Positions 25,701-35,503 of a stretch of 64,000 nt of DNA are shown here, in pieces. Both the position numbers and the translations under genes were made by a program. Each line of letters opens with the position of its first letter. Position 1 is the stretch's first letter. The notes below the pieces were generated by a model. That model did no database searches. It saw only the letters and a list, made by a program, of their open reading frames with translations, and was not told where the DNA came from. The stretch is from positions 1,860,001 through 1,924,000 of the forward strand of contig JBHGNT010000007.1 in the NCBI GenBank assembly GCA_043228905.1. The letters are read 5' to 3'. The stretch comes from Azolla caroliniana (lineage: Eukaryota; Plantae; Polypodiophyta).

Positions 25701-26628
25701 AACGGCGGGTGGCGGCGAGGAGTCGGAGGCCGGAGCGTACGAGGTTACCGGAATGGATATCCGGTACGAGATGGTGGACGGGTGGGTCCAAGACGGCGAG
25801 CCCGTGTCGGAACGGGCTACGGCGACAAAGGAGGAGAAGACCGACACGGAGGTCGGGTCTACGACGGAAGAGCGAGGCGAGATGCATGCAATACGGCCGA
25901 TGGAGGGCCAAGCGACAAGCATGCCTACGAAGGAGCCACATCGAGCGACCGAAGATGACGGTCGGATCACGCCTTCGAGAGGCGAATACGAGGAGGAAGG
26001 CGGCGACGACAAGACCTGGCACGATGCTAGGGAAGATTGGTGGGAAGAGGTGGCCTACGGAGAGGCTAAGACCGGCGGCCACGAAGATAAGGCCCGAGAG
26101 GGATCCTCCACACCGGCTATAGAGACTCCGACGGTCGGCGCGAGTGCCGACGTGAGACCAAGAGTGGCGGACGGTGGCGGCGAGGGGACGAAGGCCACAA
26201 CGGATGAAGGCACCGAGAGAGGCATACGGGAGGTCGCGGAGAACGAAGATGTATGCGCCCAAAAGAACGAACACGACATCGCGAAGGATGTGTGCGGTCG
26301 AGCGGGCCAAGAGGGCCAAGAGGGTGTTCCTCCGAGCGAAACGGAGGTCGGGGAAGAAAGGTACCTTTCCGAAAGGGTACGCGAAGAGGAGCGGAATGCG
26401 AAACGTGCAATGCGGCCGCATGAGGGCCAAGCAACGAGCACGGGAACGATGGTATGCTCTACGGCGAGGGAGCACGGCAAGCAAAGGGAAGGCGAAAAAT
26501 GCGTGATGGGGTCATCGAAGGACCGAAGCACGAGCACGCGTTCGGAGGACGACACCGACGTACGGGGAAAGCCTACGGAAGGCAAGCGCGGAGCGAGAAG
26601 AGTCGGCACGACGAGGTGCGCGGCATGA
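22765..26628 (+). CDS. Gag-like protein with a ~1000-aa repetitive Gly/Glu/Ala/Thr-rich tail (1287 aa), copy 1
   Basis: Intact ORF starting 20 nt after the PBS. N-terminal RFDGKEVPKFLRAY...SWESFEGALMEAYG resembles a Ty3/gypsy capsid and is homologous to ORF 38962-39921. No protease, RT, RNase H or integrase motifs seen. Confidence 0.8.
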   Translation: MEEGFDFEEMMTKILTDAGRKRARREAAQQAVERVVRLVGRFDGKEVPKFLRAYDAEMTGMGVDEATRLEFFRRAAAASKYEEVKELQEAHESWESFEGALMEAYGCAESEVRGRREFDRWMASARRHRSAIEAFREFERRFSQLSEWERRSVGADKVLLFLETVHHEERMDITFELQDDYGAHGLTEEWPEVEWVCRQHEARRSATTRPASGGEERATTNYAMPPDESSSRTGLEGLDLQALIREACGLVMAKIEAEEWLIAGSGPSGSEDAEEGASSHMEDGAYAEAEREWYIGTTGEGAERAALSTWGKRTTEDEVGDGEAAIADSSGHGGFGTWWPESSSTEETSGGTATFHAPVQETPAAGPSARVRPREKNGGSGKAGNRDNGKETAEEAAASITDACIYGGGAATDNDVRTEVATDITSTSGGPATLHASFLEITAAGPSARVRPMVEGGGGGKAGDHGVDTKEGAEQATVSSRGKRTAMDEAGIYGAMDATSRVGGSFGTRLPETFYEDFASILEACEMEEEDETSDGVTTFHTPALEASAVGPSAGTRPRATDGGGGKAGNRNEDETGEEEAAASILDACETEDGVATDDDVRMEVATDERSGGVATFHTPVLETPAPGPRAGERPRVTDGGGGKAGNRNDDDIGEGAERATLSSCGEWTAKDEAGDYKAESATSKVGGRFGARRPKTSSGEEASGGAATFHTPALEASVVGPSAGTRPRTTGGGGGKAGKQNDAENGEEEVVASILEAYGIGDGGAADNDVRTKAATETTSGGAGSLPTPILEAPMAGPSAGMRLSAMGGDGGKAGNGNEKEDWSGRRQDPLTPGPETSAVVLECQRETGEMGGDREEVRPGESAYEDECAGPRMGVYGGSDGEDRSGNEERVGNRPDRNTARKKKRVRAGEPGPNRRKPARPIGRLRLRLRLRWEPVNARWRLTGHDDHGSGEKRKETRPPIPTLETTAVADQHKTGETAGGGEESEAGAYEVTGMDIRYEMVDGWVQDGEPVSERATATKEEKTDTEVGSTTEERGEMHAIRPMEGQATSMPTKEPHRATEDDGRITPSRGEYEEEGGDDKTWHDAREDWWEEVAYGEAKTGGHEDKAREGSSTPAIETPTVGASADVRPRVADGGGEGTKATTDEGTERGIREVAENEDVCAQKNEHDIAKDVCGRAGQEGQEGVPPSETEVGEERYLSERVREEERNAKRAMRPHEGQATSTGTMVCSTAREHGKQREGEKCVMGSSKDRSTSTRSEDDTDVRGKPTEGKRGARRVGTTRCAA

Positions 26629-27036
26629 AAAGGGCGGATCCGGAGGATATGCGAGGCGAACAAAGGGTCGGCAACGGCGTTCGGGAGGACCGAACGGGGA
26701 GGGAAGCGCGGGCATCGGATATGGCGGCCCGAGTGTAGTCGGTGGTTCGAGGAAACACGGTGGACGTGGCGGATCAGGTGGAGGCAACGACTCGGCGAGC
26801 ATCGTCGAGTGTGGCGGATCGGATGGAGCCGACGGTTCGAGACCATTCGACGAAGATGGTGGGCCGGAAGGCGACGGTGGTTTGTATGGACGGGGTGGAC
26901 TTGCTCGAAGTGGAAGACGAAGCCGGGCAAGCCCACGAGGTTGTCAAGGGCTCGGTTGGCCGCCTTGGCCGAAAATCTCGCGTTTTGTTCCCCTTTTTGG
27001 CACATACCGGTGGATGTGCGGTTAGGTGGGGGCGGA

Positions 27037-27713
27037 TGTCGTGAAGATTTTCGTCCATAGGCGGAAAACCGAGCGAAGCAAGCAAACCCGCGATGTGCAA
27101 CGTTGCACATCAACATGTTGTATTTCTATTTATCGATAGTGATAAGTATGGTGCTAGAAATGCACCTTAGGATTTGTAAAGTGTAAAGGTGATGTGCTTT
27201 TACGCGCACATCCACGTGAGAGAGAGATAGGTACATAGTAGTTCGTGTAGAGGTGGGAGTTAAGACCCATCCTTCCCACCTCCCCTAAAATCGAGGGAAA
27301 TATCCCCATTGATTGAAAGGGGATATTTTGTAGCACCTTTATGTAACGGTCTTCCCTCCTTGTGCTATAAAAGGAGAGGAAGAGCACCATTGTGGGGGTT
27401 GCCTTATTTTGGAGTGTGAGTGAGGTATACCATTTCGTTTAGGGTTCCTTAGTTAGGGTTTCTTTTCTTCTTCGTCGGATTAGGGTTTCGGGTTTATCAT
27501 AGTCGTTCGGTGCGGCCTACGCGGCCGCCATTTTGTAATCGGTTTTCGGTTCTAATATATCTTGTTGAGCATTTGGCCTCCATCTTCCTCTTGTTCATTC
27601 TTTCTCTTCTTGTGCTAAGCTCCATTCCGAAGTCCTATTCCTTCTCCCCTTCTCCTTAGTCCAAGACCCCCGTGGTTCCGCCCTTCTCCACGCACGCGCG
27701 TAATATCTCGACA
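27037..27713 (+). repeat. Element F LTR 2 (shared internal LTR)
   Basis: Identical by eye to LTR 1; preceded by PPT aggtgggggcgga and followed by the PBS. Confidence 0.95.
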
Positions 27714-27755
27714 TCTTTGGTGAACCCGACGTGAAGGGCGGCAAGGGAGAAAGAG

Positions 27756-30700
27756 ATGGAGGAAGGCTTCGACTTCGAGGAGATGATGACAAAGATCTTG
27801 ACGGACGCCGGACGGAAGAGGGCGAGGCGAGAGGCGGCTCAACAAGCGGTCGAAAGGGTGGTCCGTCTAGTCGGCCGGTTCGATGGGAAGGAGGTCCCAA
27901 AATTTTTGAGAGCCTACGATGCGGAAATGACGGGGATGGGCGTGGACGAAGCGACGAGGCTAGAGTTCTTTCGTCGAGCGGCGGCCGCATCAAAGTACGA
28001 GGAGGTCAAGGAGCTCCAAGAAGCTCACGAATCGTGGGAGTCCTTTGAAGGGGCTCTAATGGAGGCATACGGGTGCGCGGAATCGGAGGTAAGAGGTCGG
28101 CGAGAGTTCGATCGGTGGATGGCGTCGGCGAGGCGCCATCGGAGCGCAATAGAGGCATTCCGAGAGTTCGAGCGTCGTTTCTCTCAACTCTCGGAGTGGG
28201 AACGAAGATCGGTGGGGGCGGACAAAGTCCTCCTATTTTTGGAGACGGTCCATCATGAGGAGAGGATGGACATCACGTTCGAGCTTCAAGACGATTATGG
28301 GGCGCATGGTCTCACCGAGGAGTGGCCCGAAGTGGAATGGGTGTGTCGGCAACATGAAGCGAGGCGGTCGGCCACAACACGGCCCGCGAGCGGGGGAGAA
28401 GAGAGAGCGACGACCAATTACGCCATGCCGCCGGACGAGAGCTCGTCGCGAACCGGTTTGGAGGGGCTCGACCTACAAGCGCTAATACGGGAGGCGTGCG
28501 GGCTCGTAATGGCGAAAATCGAAGCCGAAGAATGGCTTATTGCGGGGTCGGGCCCGAGCGGATCGGAGGACGCGGAGGAAGGAGCTTCCTCACACATGGA
28601 GGACGGGGCCTATGCGGAGGCCGAAAGAGAATGGTACATCGGTACCACGGGAGAGGGTGCGGAGCGAGCCGCCCTCTCGACATGGGGGAAAAGAACGACC
28701 GAGGACGAGGTCGGGGACGGTGAGGCGGCGATCGCCGATTCGAGCGGACATGGCGGATTCGGGACATGGTGGCCCGAATCATCGAGTACGGAGGAGACAA
28801 GCGGCGGTACCGCAACCTTCCACGCACCGGTTCAAGAGACCCCGGCGGCCGGCCCGAGCGCCCGCGTGAGACCGAGGGAAAAGAACGGTGGCAGCGGCAA
28901 GGCGGGCAACCGAGACAACGGTAAGGAGACCGCGGAAGAGGCGGCGGCAAGCATAACCGATGCTTGCATATACGGAGGCGGGGCAGCCACGGACAACGAC
29001 GTCCGAACGGAGGTGGCTACGGACATTACATCGACGAGCGGCGGTCCCGCGACCTTACACGCGTCATTCCTAGAGATCACGGCGGCCGGGCCGAGTGCCC
29101 GCGTAAGACCTATGGTGGAAGGCGGTGGCGGTGGCAAGGCGGGCGACCACGGCGTCGACACGAAAGAAGGTGCGGAGCAAGCGACCGTCTCATCTCGAGG
29201 AAAAAGAACGGCCATGGACGAGGCCGGTATCTACGGAGCGATGGACGCCACTTCGAGAGTGGGCGGAAGTTTCGGGACGCGGTTGCCCGAAACGTTCTAC
29301 GAGGATTTCGCGAGCATACTCGAGGCTTGCGAAATGGAGGAGGAAGACGAAACGAGCGATGGTGTCACGACCTTCCACACACCGGCCCTAGAGGCTTCGG
29401 CGGTCGGCCCGAGTGCCGGCACGAGACCTAGAGCTACGGACGGTGGCGGCGGCAAGGCGGGCAACCGAAATGAGGACGAGACCGGCGAAGAAGAGGCGGC
29501 GGCAAGCATACTCGATGCTTGCGAAACCGAAGACGGGGTAGCCACGGACGACGATGTCCGAATGGAGGTGGCTACGGACGAGAGGAGTGGTGGTGTCGCG
29601 ACCTTCCACACACCGGTCCTAGAGACTCCGGCACCCGGCCCGAGAGCCGGCGAGAGGCCTAGAGTGACGGACGGTGGCGGCGGCAAGGCGGGCAACCGAA
29701 ACGACGACGACATCGGAGAGGGTGCGGAGCGAGCAACCCTCTCGTCTTGCGGCGAATGGACGGCCAAGGATGAGGCCGGTGACTACAAAGCGGAGAGCGC
29801 CACTTCGAAAGTGGGCGGAAGATTCGGGGCACGGCGGCCCAAAACATCGAGCGGAGAGGAGGCGAGCGGTGGTGCCGCGACCTTCCACACACCGGCCCTA
29901 GAGGCTTCGGTGGTCGGCCCGAGTGCCGGCACGAGACCTAGAACGACGGGCGGTGGCGGCGGCAAGGCGGGCAAACAAAATGATGCGGAGAACGGCGAAG
30001 AAGAGGTGGTGGCAAGCATACTAGAGGCTTACGGAATCGGAGATGGGGGAGCCGCGGACAACGACGTCCGAACGAAAGCGGCTACGGAGACAACAAGCGG
30101 CGGTGCCGGGTCCTTACCCACACCAATCCTAGAGGCTCCAATGGCCGGCCCGAGTGCCGGCATGAGGCTTAGTGCGATGGGAGGTGACGGCGGCAAGGCG
30201 GGCAACGGAAACGAGAAGGAAGATTGGAGCGGACGGAGGCAAGACCCCTTGACACCGGGGCCGGAGACTTCGGCGGTTGTGCTCGAATGCCAACGTGAGA
30301 CCGGAGAGATGGGCGGTGATCGTGAGGAGGTGAGGCCCGGAGAGAGCGCATACGAAGACGAGTGTGCGGGGCCCAGAATGGGCGTATACGGTGGGTCCGA
30401 CGGAGAGGACCGGAGCGGAAACGAGGAGAGAGTCGGGAACCGACCCGACCGGAATACGGCACGGAAGAAGAAGAGAGTAAGGGCCGGCGAACCGGGCCCA
30501 AACCGAAGGAAGCCGGCGAGACCGATTGGCCGGTTACGGTTACGGTTACGGTTACGATGGGAGCCGGTAAACGCGAGATGGAGGCTAACCGGGCACGACG
30601 ACCATGGTTCGGGGGAAAAACGGAAAGAAACGAGACCCCCCATACCCACTCTAGAGACTACGGCGGTTGCGGATCAACATAAGACCGGAGAAACGGCGGG

Positions 30701-31619
30701 TGGCGGCGAGGAGTCGGAGGCCGGAGCGTACGAGGTTACCGGAATGGATATCCGGTACGAGATGGTGGACGGGTGGGTCCAAGACGGCGAGCCCGTGTCG
30801 GAACGGGCTACGGCGACAAAGGAGGAGAAGACCGACACGGAGGTCGGGTCTACGACGGAAGAGCGAGGCGAGATGCATGCAATACGGCCGATGGAGGGCC
30901 AAGCGACAAGCATGCCTACGAAGGAGCCACATCGAGCGACCGAAGATGACGGTCGGATCACGCCTTCGAGAGGCGAATACGAGGAGGAAGGCGGCGACGA
31001 CAAGACCTGGCACGATGCTAGGGAAGATTGGTGGGAAGAGGTGGCCTACGGAGAGGCTAAGACCGGCGGCCACGAAGATAAGGCCCGAGAGGGATCCTCC
31101 ACACCGGCTATAGAGACTCCGACGGTCGGCGCGAGTGCCGACGTGAGACCAAGAGTGGCGGACGGTGGCGGCGAGGGGACGAAGGCCACAACGGATGAAG
31201 GCACCGAGAGAGGCATACGGGAGGTCGCGGAGAACGAAGATGTATGCGCCCAAAAGAACGAACACGACATCGCGAAGGATGTGTGCGGTCGAGCGGGCCA
31301 AGAGGGCCAAGAGGGTGTTCCTCCGAGCGAAACGGAGGTCGGGGAAGAAAGGTACCTTTCCGAAAGGGTACGCGAAGAGGAGCGGAATGCGAAACGTGCA
31401 ATGCGGCCGCATGAGGGCCAAGCAACGAGCACGGGAACGATGGTATGCTCTACGGCGAGGGAGCACGGCAAGCAAAGGGAAGGCGAAAAATGCGTGATGG
31501 GGTCATCGAAGGACCGAAGCACGAGCACGCGTTCGGAGGACGACACCGACGTACGGGGAAAGCCTACGGAAGGCAAGCGCGGAGCGAGAAGAGTCGGCAC
31601 GACGAGGTGCGCGGCATGA
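27756..31619 (+). CDS. Gag-like protein with repetitive tail (1287 aa), copy 2
   Basis: Translation identical to 22765-26628. Confidence 0.8.
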   Translation: MEEGFDFEEMMTKILTDAGRKRARREAAQQAVERVVRLVGRFDGKEVPKFLRAYDAEMTGMGVDEATRLEFFRRAAAASKYEEVKELQEAHESWESFEGALMEAYGCAESEVRGRREFDRWMASARRHRSAIEAFREFERRFSQLSEWERRSVGADKVLLFLETVHHEERMDITFELQDDYGAHGLTEEWPEVEWVCRQHEARRSATTRPASGGEERATTNYAMPPDESSSRTGLEGLDLQALIREACGLVMAKIEAEEWLIAGSGPSGSEDAEEGASSHMEDGAYAEAEREWYIGTTGEGAERAALSTWGKRTTEDEVGDGEAAIADSSGHGGFGTWWPESSSTEETSGGTATFHAPVQETPAAGPSARVRPREKNGGSGKAGNRDNGKETAEEAAASITDACIYGGGAATDNDVRTEVATDITSTSGGPATLHASFLEITAAGPSARVRPMVEGGGGGKAGDHGVDTKEGAEQATVSSRGKRTAMDEAGIYGAMDATSRVGGSFGTRLPETFYEDFASILEACEMEEEDETSDGVTTFHTPALEASAVGPSAGTRPRATDGGGGKAGNRNEDETGEEEAAASILDACETEDGVATDDDVRMEVATDERSGGVATFHTPVLETPAPGPRAGERPRVTDGGGGKAGNRNDDDIGEGAERATLSSCGEWTAKDEAGDYKAESATSKVGGRFGARRPKTSSGEEASGGAATFHTPALEASVVGPSAGTRPRTTGGGGGKAGKQNDAENGEEEVVASILEAYGIGDGGAADNDVRTKAATETTSGGAGSLPTPILEAPMAGPSAGMRLSAMGGDGGKAGNGNEKEDWSGRRQDPLTPGPETSAVVLECQRETGEMGGDREEVRPGESAYEDECAGPRMGVYGGSDGEDRSGNEERVGNRPDRNTARKKKRVRAGEPGPNRRKPARPIGRLRLRLRLRWEPVNARWRLTGHDDHGSGEKRKETRPPIPTLETTAVADQHKTGETAGGGEESEAGAYEVTGMDIRYEMVDGWVQDGEPVSERATATKEEKTDTEVGSTTEERGEMHAIRPMEGQATSMPTKEPHRATEDDGRITPSRGEYEEEGGDDKTWHDAREDWWEEVAYGEAKTGGHEDKAREGSSTPAIETPTVGASADVRPRVADGGGEGTKATTDEGTERGIREVAENEDVCAQKNEHDIAKDVCGRAGQEGQEGVPPSETEVGEERYLSERVREEERNAKRAMRPHEGQATSTGTMVCSTAREHGKQREGEKCVMGSSKDRSTSTRSEDDTDVRGKPTEGKRGARRVGTTRCAA

Positions 31620-32027
31620 AAAGGGCGGATCCGGAGGATATGCGAGGCGAACAAAGGGTCGGCAACGGCGTTCGGGAGGACCGAACGGGGAGGGAAGCGC
31701 GGGCATCGGATATGGCGGCCCGAGTGTAGTCGGTGGTTCGAGGAAACACGGTGGACGTGGCGGATCAGGTGGAGGCAACGACTCGGCGAGCATCGTCGAG
31801 TGTGGCGGATCGGATGGAGCCGACGGTTCGAGACCATTCGACGAAGATGGTGGGCCGGAAGGCGACGGTGGTTTGTATGGACGGGGTGGACTTGCTCGAA
31901 GTGGAAGACGAAGCCGGGCAAGCCCACGAGGTTGTCAAGGGCTCGGTTGGCCGCCTTGGCCGAAAATCTCGCGTTTTGTTCCCCTTTTTGGCACATACCG
32001 GTGGATGTGCGGTTAGGTGGGGGCGGA

Positions 32028-32704
32028 TGTCGTGAAGATTTTCGTCCATAGGCGGAAAACCGAGCGAAGCAAGCAAACCCGCGATGTGCAACGTTGCACA
32101 TCAACATGTTGTATTTCTATTTATCGATAGTGATAAGTATGGTGCTAGAAATGCACCTTAGGATTTGTAAAGTGTAAAGGTGATGTGCTTTTACGCGCAC
32201 ATCCACGTGAGAGAGAGATAGGTACATAGTAGTTCGTGTAGAGGTGGGAGTTAAGACCCATCCTTCCCACCTCCCCTAAAATCGAGGGAAATATCCCCAT
32301 TGATTGAAAGGGGATATTTTGTAGCACCTTTATGTAACGGTCTTCCCTCCTTGTGCTATAAAAGGAGAGGAAGAGCACCATTGTGGGGGTTGCCTTATTT
32401 TGGAGTGTGAGTGAGGTATACCATTTCGTTTAGGGTTCCTTAGTTAGGGTTTCTTTTCTTCTTCGTCGGATTAGGGTTTCGGGTTTATCATAGTCGTTCG
32501 GTGCGGCCTACGCGGCCGCCATTTTGTAATCGGTTTTCGGTTCTAATATATCTTGTTGAGCATTTGGCCTCCATCTTCCTCTTGTTCATTCTTTCTCTTC
32601 TTGTGCTAAGCTCCATTCCGAAGTCCTATTCCTTCTCCCCTTCTCCTTAGTCCAAGACCCCCGTGGTTCCGCCCTTCTCCACGCACGCGCGTAACAACGC
32701 GACA
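32028..32704 (+). repeat. Element F LTR 3 (terminal)
   Basis: Same as LTR 1/2 except that it ends TAACAACGCGACA; followed by the TSD GCGG. Confidence 0.95.
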
Positions 32705-33858
32705 GCGGTTCCGACGTCATTGGTGTCAAGGATAAACATCCTCCCGTCTCTACACCCTTGCGTAATTACTTCTCCCTCATCCTCAATGAAGCACCCACGG
32801 TGCGTAAATCGCACCTGCATCCCTTGGTCGACGATCTGTCCGACCGACACCAGGTTCTTCGTGATTGTCGGAATGTGTAATACGTTCATCAGCTTCCCCT
32901 TTTGTCCGACGTGGCTCAAAGGGACTTCTCCGACGTGCATGATTGGGTGAGGAGTGTCGTCTCCGGTTTCGACTACCCCTGGTTGATCCGATTTCTCCAA
33001 AAAGGAGAACCACTCCTTGTGGCTCGTCATGTGGTTTGACGCACCGGAATCAACGTACCACACTTCCTCCGATTTGGAAGTGATCTTCTTCCTTGAGTTT
33101 GCCTTGTGACTCATCACTAAGGTTGATTCCTTACCGTTCTTGGATCCTCCTGATCCGTTTGCGTAGTGCGAGCTTTGCTGGCCATCCTTGCCAGCCTTGC
33201 CGGATCCAGATTTGTCCGAGTCGGAGCGCTTTCTCCAGCACTCGCTTTCTCTATGGCCCTTTTTGCCACAGTACCAGCATTTTGGTGCGGATTTGTCTTG
33301 CCGGCCTCCGACACCGCCTTGACTCCCCTTGCTTGTGGAATTCCCGGAACTACTGTCGACACGATCTCTGTGCCGTCGTTCTTGCACTTGCCGGCTGCCT
33401 CCATTGCGTGCCGACCCACCTCGTCCACCACGCCCACGGGACCGATTTGCCTCCGTGTACAACATCCGGCTGTTAGTGGGTGCGCTAGTTGACGCACCAA
33501 CGTGGTTCTCCTCTACAAGGAGCATCAACTGTAAGTCGAAAAATGACGGCGTATTCTCCCTTGTACAAACCGCCGTCCGAAAGGCTTTGTACTTAGACGC
33601 CAGGCCCCCAAGACAGACCTGTACTAGCTCATCTTCCTCTATGGTAACGTTAATAGAGGCAAGCGAGTCACAGATCTCTTTGATTCGGGCCGTGTAGTCA
33701 ACCACCGACATGTCCCTCTATTGGACATTGCTCAACTCTTGTCGGAGTTGCAGCTTTCGGGCTGTAGTGCTTGCGGCGAAAACCTTCTTCAGGTTTCCCC
33801 AACCCTCCTTCGGTGTCTTGGCGTCTCGGATGTGACTCAGCAACTGGTCTCCGACACT
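32705..33858 (-). pseudogene. Copia B gag-protease, N-terminally truncated
   Basis: SVGDQLLSHIRDAKTPKEGW, MSVVDYTARIKEICDSL, CCHC knuckle, WYVDSGASNHMT, KNLVSVGQ. Confidence 0.9.
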
Positions 33859-33861
33859 GGG

Positions 33862-34176
33862 ATGGGAAGTGAGAAGAACAATATTGATGAGCAAACTTGG
33901 CCGAGGTTGAATCCGGATGTGGAGTACCCGGCTACGGAAGACCCGGTGAGAACCGGATGGCGTGTGCCCGGCAACCGCTAGATGATGCAGGCCCGGTGAG
34001 GAGTGCTCACCGGATGAAGGGACATATTCGTAAATATGTTTTTTGAGAGTCCATCGGGGCTATATTTGTAAATAGCTGAAAAGTCATATTAGTATAAATA
34101 TGACTTAGGGCAAACTTAGAAAATGTTGATGTTGTTGTCATTCTTGTTGGCGCAAGATTAGAGCGCAACAGTGTAC

Positions 34177-34207
<31 letters not shown>

Positions 34208-34483
34208 CGAAGAGTTCATATCTCTGTTGTAACTGCCGCCTGTGGCAAAGACAGTGAACAAGAGGTTATTGCCTCTGTGATCATCTATTGTATATTGTTA
34301 CATAGTGATAGTTAGCAGTCAGTGGACTGCCATGGTTTTTCCCGTGTTTGGGTTTTCCACGTAAACATCTTGTGTACTCTTCTCTTCTCTCCATTGTGTC
34401 GTGCATTCATTCCCGTTTTCTGTGTTTGATTCTAAGCTTGGTTGTGGCCGAGCGTTGTCATCCGGAGCGTGCAGTTCCTGACA
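33862..34483 (+). mobile_element. Partial or solo LTR C (copia-like)
   Basis: Contains gggttttccacgtaaacatcttgtgt (typical of plant copia LTRs), a (GA)n tract and tataaat; ends CCTGACA with no PBS. Left boundary uncertain. Confidence 0.55.
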
Positions 34484-34868
34484 CCTCGCGATGGAACAGT
34501 TCTAGGAACTGCATGCGAACATCTTGGAAGGTGACAAACTCCCCTGCGTCGAGGCGAGAATACCATCGCACAGCTGGTCCATCAAGGGATAGCGTAAACT
34601 CGGCGATTTTTGAGGCCTCGATTTCGGCAGGCGAGAGTCGCTATGTTGAGTGGTTGCCCTGCTAGGTGGACACGAAGCCATGGATGTGCGACTCTGCGTC
34701 GGGGCCGTCGGTGTATCGTGGGTAAGGATACGGCATGGTATCGAAATCGGGATCTTCCGATAAAACCGGAAAAGGGTTAGGGTCAGGGTGGGTGACCTCT
34801 GGAGGGCTTGGTGGAGAGGTTAGTGTGGAATCAACTCGCGACCGAGTAGCAGGTGGCGAGGATTGCAA
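34484..34868 (-). pseudogene. Gypsy element D gag N-terminal remnant
   Basis: Minus-strand YPRYTDGPDAESHIHGF...KIAEFTLSLDGPAVRWYSRLDAGEFVTFQDVRMQFLELF with in-frame stops (Retrotrans_gag-like). Confidence 0.7.
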
Positions 34869-35455
34869 CCGGTGAGCCTCCGATATTTCTTGGAAAGACT
34901 GGTCCGTGACCGCCGAGTCAAAAGTTCCTTCGACTGGCTCAAGACATCGGCCAAATGGCCAAGACCGCTTGGTGCGATTGGGCGCCGTAATGGTGGCTGA
35001 AGGTTGTCTTCAACGTAGTTCGTTGTGATCTCACAATTGTAACCGGGCATCCCAAATTGTGTTATCTGTTCCTTTGGAAAACACCTTCGATGAGCCCACA
35101 GGCTATCGGTGTCAAGGGATCGTGTTACGTGGAAGCTTCTTCTACACGAGGAAAAGAGAGGAGAACAAGGATCGTACACGGGCTACAACCCGTTAGGTAT
35201 GAATGTAGCATGATTTATGAGTATGGGGAGAATACACAGATAGAAGTTTAGAAAAGATGTCACTTATATTCCATAATAAAGCTTACAATGATTACAGTAC
35301 TCGGCCTCAACCGGAAACAGTACGTTGTCGCGTTGTTACGCGCGTGCGTGAAGAAAGGCGGGACCACGGGGGTCATGGACTAGAGAGTGATAGAGCGTAG
35401 GAAGTCGTGCTTCCCTGTTTCTGGGGCATCCCAGAGACACACCGGAAGCAACCGA

Positions 35456-35503
<48 letters not shown>

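Larger units (their letters stand above)
22046..32704 (+). mobile_element. Element F: pol-less, Gag-only LTR retrotransposon in tandem form LTR-ORF-LTR-ORF-LTR (period 4991 bp)
   Basis: Three 677-bp TGTCG...CGACA LTRs, with a PBS and PPT for each unit. 4-bp TSD GCGG (22042-22045 / 32705-32708). Removing the insert restores the copia B frame GTA-LFAK. Confidence 0.95.
17779..33858 (-). mobile_element. Copia element B, degenerate with the 5' end lost; interrupted by element F
   Basis: Minus-strand order gag (zinc knuckle CWYCGKKGHRESEC), protease (WYVDSGAS), integrase (HSDVWGP, LRSDGGKEY, ERKNR), RT ([13 protein letters not shown]), RNase H (RTKHIEVHYHFVRE), PPT gagggggag, then 3' LTR. Confidence 0.93.

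Noticed and set aside
22765-26628. Horizontally acquired bacterial or viral gene suggested by high GC
   Set aside because: It is bounded by LTR, PBS, PPT and TSD and is homologous to element E. The neighbouring copia B is also GC-rich.
26629-26995. Possible env-like or residual pol ORF after the Gag stop
   Set aside because: No TM segment or pol motif seen, and the region does not align with E.
22604-32107. Dozens of overlapping and antisense ORFs in element F, including 353 aa at 26055-27116
   Set aside because: Expected in GC-rich, stop-poor DNA. No recognisable domains and no clear conservation in element E.
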